DNA of 64,000 nt, taken from NCBI GenBank assembly GCA_024231215.1, contig JAAEQR010000072.1:513210-577209 (forward strand), in the 5' to 3' direction. The stretch is from PVC group bacterium. Lineage in GTDB: Bacteria; Omnitrophota; Gorgyraeia; B26-G9. This document shows positions 59,310-64,000 of the stretch, one piece after another. Numbering within the stretch: the first letter of the stretch is position 1; each line of letters begins with the position of its first letter. Position numbers and translations under genes: made by a program. Under the pieces are notes generated by a model, which was not told the DNA's origin, searched no databases, and saw nothing but the letters and a program-made list of their open reading frames with translations.

Positions 59310-59792
59310 ATGCAGAAGTTAGAAGTTTGTAAGAAAAATAATCCGATTTTGCGTAAGCGTTCTCAAAAACTTCCTGTGGTAGGGGAGCCAGAGAGAGCGC
59401 TTTTTGAAAATATGTTAAGAATTATGCATCAGGAGAAGGGAATTGGTCTGGCTGCTCCGCAGGTAGGTATTCTGAAGCAGATGCTGGTAATAGATATCGG
59501 TCAGGGTCCTTTAAGATTAGTAAATCCTCAGATATTAAAAAAGCAGGGCCGGAGTTTGATGAAAGAGGGTTGTTTGAGCCTTCCGGGAGTCGAGGTTGAG
59601 GTGCGACGGGCTAAAAGCATTGTAGTTGTCGCGCAAGATGATTGGGGTAAAGAGGTTAAGATAATAGCTGATGATCTTTTGGCTAGAGCATTGCAGCATG
59701 AGATAGATCATCTAAAAGGGGTTTTGATCCTAGATTATCTGCCTTGGTATAAACAGGTGTTATTGAAAATAAAGAAGTTTAAGTGGTCTTGA
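59310..59792 (+). CDS. def: Peptide deformylase
   Basis: GIGLAAPQVG, EGCLS, QHEIDHL. Confidence 0.95.
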   Translation: MQKLEVCKKNNPILRKRSQKLPVVGEPERALFENMLRIMHQEKGIGLAAPQVGILKQMLVIDIGQGPLRLVNPQILKKQGRSLMKEGCLSLPGVEVEVRRAKSIVVVAQDDWGKEVKIIADDLLARALQHEIDHLKGVLILDYLPWYKQVLLKIKKFKWS

Positions 59793-59882
59793 CCGATCCC
59801 TGAATATCCAGGTTTAACCACTTTACTTTTAAATATCTTTGTGATAGAATTAGTAGAAACTTTAGAAAGGAGGTGAGAGCAA

Positions 59883-60152
59883 ATGACTGTTACTAAGGCA
59901 CAAAAAGAAAAAATAATAACCGATTTTAAGGCTCATCCTAAGGATACTGGTTCGGCAAACGTACAAATTGCGTTGCTTACTGATAGAATTAGCGGTTTAA
60001 CAGAGCATTTAAAAACGCATAAGAAGGATTTTAGTTCAAGGGTGGGTTTATTACAGCTTGTCTCGAAGAGAAGAAGGCTGTTAAATTACTTAAAACGTGA
60101 GAATTTTAAAGACTATAAAGATATATTAGAGAAGTTAAAACTAAGAAAGTAA
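59883..60152 (+). CDS. rpsO: 30S ribosomal protein S15
   Basis: DTGSANVQIALLT, HKKDFSSR, RRRLLNYL. Confidence 0.97.
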   Translation: MTVTKAQKEKIITDFKAHPKDTGSANVQIALLTDRISGLTEHLKTHKKDFSSRVGLLQLVSKRRRLLNYLKRENFKDYKDILEKLKLRK

Positions 60153-60159
60153 AAGGACA

Positions 60160-62274
60160 ATGGTAGAAAAGACAGAAATACAGTGGGGAAAAGAACAATT
60201 AATTATTGAAACAGGGAAATTAGCTAAACAGGCAAGTGCGGCAGTAACGGTTCAATACGGTGGTACGGTAGTATTAGTTACAGTAGTAATGTCTAAAAAG
60301 CCGAGGGAAGGTCTTGATTTTTTCCCGCTAACCGTAGAATATAAGGAAAAAACATATGCTGCAGGTAAGATTCCCGGAGGATTTTTTAAACGGGAAGGCA
60401 GGCCTACAGAAAAAGAAATTTTAACGTCTCGGCTTATTGATCGGCCGATTCGGCCCCTGTTCCCTAAAGGACTGTATAATGAAGTTCAGGTTATTGCCAT
60501 GGTTCTTTCCAGTGACGGAAAAAATGATTCGGATGTTTTAGCAATGATCGGCGCTTCTTGTGCCTTGACGATTTCGGATATTCCTTTTGCCGGTCCTGTT
60601 GGAACGATTAAGATAGGACGGGTTAATGATGAATTTATTATAAATCCTACTTATGAGGAACTAGAGCAGAGTTCTTTGGAAATCATTCTTGCCGGAATTA
60701 ATAATGGTGTGGTTATGATTGAATCCGGAGCGCAAGAAGTTCCCGAAGCAACGATGTTAGAGGCGATGAAATTTGGTTATGATAACCTTAAACCTATTAT
60801 ACAATTACAAGAAGACTTTGCCGCGAAATGCGGGAAGAAAAAGACAGATGTTGAATTAAAACAATTGTCTGAAGAATTATGCTTAAAAGTAAAAGAATTA
60901 TCTTTGGAAAAATTGGTTGATGTTTATAAGATCAGTAATAAAGAACAGCGTGAAGAGCAGATGGGTTTGATTGCTAATGATTTAATAGAAAATTTGATAA
61001 CTACCGATTCTCCTTATACCGAAGCTGATGTCAAAGCAGCATTGGGAAAAGTTGAAAAAGAACAGGTTCGTAGGATGATTCTGGAAAATAGCATTCGTGT
61101 TGACGGACGCTCTAGTACAGAGATCAGAGATATTTCTTGCGAAGTTGGAGCTTTACCGCGGACACATGGTGCGGCTGTATTTACCAGAGGACAAACTCAA
61201 AGTCTATCGGTTACTACTTTGGGAACCAGTGCTGATGAGCAGCGGATCGATGTTTTAGCCGGAGAGTCGTTTAAAAGTTTTATGCTGCATTATAATTTTC
61301 CTCCGTTTAGTGTGGGAGAAGCAAGGCCTATGCGTGGAACTAGTCGTCGGGAAATAGGACACGGGGCACTTGCCGAACGTGCACTATTACCGGTAATGCC
61401 TTCTAAAGATGATTTTCCATATACGGTTCGGTTAGTATCGGAAGTATTAGAATCTAACGGGTCCTCAAGTATGGCTTCGGTTTGTGCCGGAACATTAGCT
61501 CTGATGGATGCTGGTGTGCCGATTAAAGCTCCGGTTACCGGGATAGCTTTGGGGTTAGTTAAAGACGGAGATAATGAAGTTGTTTTGAGTGATATTCTTG
61601 GTTTAGAAGATCATTTCGGGGACATGGATTTTAAGGTTACCGGAACTAAGGATGGAGTTACAGCGATACAGCTTGATCTGAAAATTGACGGAGTTAGCTT
61701 TGAATTGTTAGAACGTGCTTTGAGCCAGGCTAAAGAGGGGCGATTATTTATAATGGATAAGATAAACGCTGTACTGGCTAAGCCGCGTGAAGAACTTTCC
61801 GAATACGCACCACGCATTACAGTGCTTACTGTTCCACAGGAAAAGATAAAGGATATTATTGGCCCAGGCGGTAAAGTGATTAAAAAGATCATCAGTGATA
61901 CTGGAGTGAGCATTAATATCGATGATGACGGTAAGGTTGCGATTGCTTCTACTGATAGTCAAGCTGCTCAGGCAGCGATTGATATTGTAAATGGCTTGAT
62001 TGCTGAGGCTGAGGTGGGAAAGATTTATAATGGTAAGATAACCAGACTTATGAACTTTGGGGCGTTCTGTGAGATACTTCCGGGTAAAGAAGGATTGGTT
62101 CATATTTCAGAATTGGCAAATGGGTTTGTGAAAAATGTGGAAGATGTTGTAAAGGTTGGAGACGCAGTTAAGGTCAAAGTTATAGAAATAGATAATATGG
62201 GAAGAGTTAATCTAAGTATTAAACAGGCTCAGCCCAAACCCGAAGCAGGAGAGGAAAATGCGCAGCAGGGATGA
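60160..62274 (+). CDS. pnp: Polyribonucleotide nucleotidyltransferase
   Basis: FFPLTV, RLIDRPIRP, RREIGHG, SNGSSS, DMDFK, KH and S1 domains. Confidence 0.97.
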   Translation: MVEKTEIQWGKEQLIIETGKLAKQASAAVTVQYGGTVVLVTVVMSKKPREGLDFFPLTVEYKEKTYAAGKIPGGFFKREGRPTEKEILTSRLIDRPIRPLFPKGLYNEVQVIAMVLSSDGKNDSDVLAMIGASCALTISDIPFAGPVGTIKIGRVNDEFIINPTYEELEQSSLEIILAGINNGVVMIESGAQEVPEATMLEAMKFGYDNLKPIIQLQEDFAAKCGKKKTDVELKQLSEELCLKVKELSLEKLVDVYKISNKEQREEQMGLIANDLIENLITTDSPYTEADVKAALGKVEKEQVRRMILENSIRVDGRSSTEIRDISCEVGALPRTHGAAVFTRGQTQSLSVTTLGTSADEQRIDVLAGESFKSFMLHYNFPPFSVGEARPMRGTSRREIGHGALAERALLPVMPSKDDFPYTVRLVSEVLESNGSSSMASVCAGTLALMDAGVPIKAPVTGIALGLVKDGDNEVVLSDILGLEDHFGDMDFKVTGTKDGVTAIQLDLKIDGVSFELLERALSQAKEGRLFIMDKINAVLAKPREELSEYAPRITVLTVPQEKIKDIIGPGGKVIKKIISDTGVSINIDDDGKVAIASTDSQAAQAAIDIVNGLIAEAEVGKIYNGKITRLMNFGAFCEILPGKEGLVHISELANGFVKNVEDVVKVGDAVKVKVIEIDNMGRVNLSIKQAQPKPEAGEENAQQG

Positions 62275-62740
62275 TGTTATTGATGATGTAGTTTCAAAAG
62301 TGACTTTACGAATAAAAAGAAAAGAAGATTGTACAGATCTTCCGTTACCTAAATATATGAGTACCGGTTCTGCAGGTATGGATTTATATGCGGATGTGGA
62401 TGTGGAAACAACTCTAGAACCGGGGGAGATAAAAATGGTTTCCACAGGAATCCATGTGAGTATTCCTGAAGGATATGAGGCTCAGATCAGACCACGCAGT
62501 GGTCTGGCTGCAAAATATGGCATTGGTATTGTAAATTCCCCGGGGACGATTGATTCTGATTATCGGGGTTTGATCAATATTATCTTGATTAATTTTGGAA
62601 AGGAAATATTCCTTATCAAACGCGGTATGCGTATCTGTCAGATGGTGATCAATAAGGTTACACAGGCTAATTTGGAGGTTGTAGAAGAATTAGATGTGAC
62701 AGACAGAAATACCGGAGGATTCGGCCATACCGGAGTTTAA
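62258..62740 (+). CDS. dut: dUTP diphosphatase
   Basis: AGMDL, RPRSGL, GTIDSDYRG, RICQ, RNTGGFGHTG. Confidence 0.95.
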   Translation: MRSRDDVIDDVVSKVTLRIKRKEDCTDLPLPKYMSTGSAGMDLYADVDVETTLEPGEIKMVSTGIHVSIPEGYEAQIRPRSGLAAKYGIGIVNSPGTIDSDYRGLINIILINFGKEIFLIKRGMRICQMVINKVTQANLEVVEELDVTDRNTGGFGHTGV

Positions 62741-62742
62741 AA

Positions 62743-64000
62743 ATGAGTGAAAAACAAATTAGGATAGTATGGTCAGTTGTCCTTTTTGGGCTGTGCGTTT
62801 TTCTTGTTATTAGTTTCCTCTCGTTCGATCCTAATGATATTCCCTTTAATACTTCAAGTCCTAATACCCATATAAGAAATTTTGGAGGAACTGTTGGCGC
62901 TTATTCTGTTTGGGCGTTATTGCTATTTTCGGGGTGGAGTGCTTATTTTATCCCTATTCTTTTTTGTATTTGGGCGGTTGGTAAAATAATGGGGAAGATC
63001 ACAGAGCATCTTCCGGCAAAAGTATTTGGATTTTTGTTGGTACTTTGTTCTTTTTCCGGGATTATGAGTACACTTACTTCTCCGTATAATGTAAGCCGTG
63101 TAAAAACCGGAGGTGTGATCGGGTTTTCAATTTCTTTATTTCTCACCCGTTATTTTGGTGAGATAGGAACAATGGTTATCCTCGGTACGATTTTCGTGCT
63201 TTCGCTTCTTTTAGCTACAGAGTTTTTAATCCTGCCTATTTTGCTGCAAGTTTCGCGTTGGATTATCAGTTTATTGAAAATGATAAAAATCAGTGAGTGG
63301 CTGAATATACTGAATATATTTAAACATAGAGAAGGTGCAGGGAACCGGCCTAAGATTAAAAAAATGGGTAAGTTTGTGGTAGCAAAAAGAAAAACCAGAA
63401 AGCAGCAAGAGGAAGAAGAAGACGAAGAAGAGGATGAGGAAGAAGAAGAGGAGGAAGAGGAAGAAAAACCTGCTTTCTTCAAAAAACCTAAATTGATAAT
63501 CAAAAAACCAAAGATTCAAAAACGAAAAGCCAAGCCAAAGTCTATAATTCCCAAATTCATTGGTGATTATAAACTTCCTTCTTTAGAGTTGCTTAATAAT
63601 CCGCCGCCTATGGAAGAGAGAATGATCAAAGATGACTTAGAAGGTAATTCTAAAATTTTAGAAGAGACTTTACGGGATTTCGGAATTGAAGCTAAGGTTG
63701 TGGAAGTAGAGCAGGGGCCGGTAATTACCCGCTATGAATTACAGCCGGCACCAGGAGTTAAAATAAATAAAATAACAAATCTGGGTGATGATATTGCGCT
63801 TAGCTTAAAAGCACCCAGTGTACATATTGTGGCGCCGCTTCCCGGTAAAGGTACGGTGGGGATTGATGTGCCTAATAGCAAGGCTACCCTTGTATATCTC
63901 AAAGAATTATTAGAAACCAATGAATTTCAATCATCACATTCTAAGCTTACGCTTGCTTTTGGCAAAGATATTTCCGGAACAACATTAATTACCGATCTTG
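62743..64000 (+). CDS. ftsK: DNA translocase FtsK (3'-truncated; absent from the ORF track because no stop falls in the window)
   Basis: 4TM domain (SFDPND..NFGGTVGAY), YKLPSLELL, DFGIEAKVV..GPVITRYELQPAPGVK, PGKGTVGIDVPN. Confidence 0.93.
   Translation, partial: MSEKQIRIVWSVVLFGLCVFLVISFLSFDPNDIPFNTSSPNTHIRNFGGTVGAYSVWALLLFSGWSAYFIPILFCIWAVGKIMGKITEHLPAKVFGFLLVLCSFSGIMSTLTSPYNVSRVKTGGVIGFSISLFLTRYFGEIGTMVILGTIFVLSLLLATEFLILPILLQVSRWIISLLKMIKISEWLNILNIFKHREGAGNRPKIKKMGKFVVAKRKTRKQQEEEEDEEEDEEEEEEEEEEKPAFFKKPKLIIKKPKIQKRKAKPKSIIPKFIGDYKLPSLELLNNPPPMEERMIKDDLEGNSKILEETLRDFGIEAKVVEVEQGPVITRYELQPAPGVKINKITNLGDDIALSLKAPSVHIVAPLPGKGTVGIDVPNSKATLVYLKELLETNEFQSSHSKLTLAFGKDISGTTLITDL

Noticed and set aside
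63150-63519. Minus-strand poly-Ser and poly-Phe ORFs
   Set aside because: They are antisense shadows of the FtsK acidic linker; the real gene is ftsK on the + strand.

Overview
AT-rich bacterial chromosomal window. All but one of the supported genes lie on the + strand, and the organism is a diderm that makes LPS. The gene set and a chlamydial-MOMP-like porin suggest the PVC superphylum, possibly Ca. Omnitrophota (inference only). Most content is housekeeping: lipid A/LPS (lpxC-fabZ fusion, lpxA, lpxI, lptD, GT9), accD, metF and a split metH, NIF3-dnaG-rpoD, three tRNAs, rnhA-rnpB, addAB, folD, panB/panE, trxB, def, rpsO-pnp-dut-ftsK. I found no CRISPR array, transposase, integrase or prophage. 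The best candidate for an undescribed system is the envelope locus at 25.2-36.9 kb. It encodes a TolC with a ~280-aa N-terminal extension, an MFP, an RND permease fused to a C-terminal winged-helix domain, a second RND permease, a helical periplasmic protein and a MOMP-like porin. Other highlights: a YchF paralog lacking its P-loop, a histone-H1-like Lys-rich tail on sigma70, an unannotated 44-aa Arg-pair peptide (candidate c-di-GMP sponge), an RNase P RNA that lacks P13/P14 and overlaps rnhA, promoter-leader-terminator units, heptamer repeats, and an apparent genome-wide excess of CCGG. All calls come from reading motifs by eye; no searches were run.
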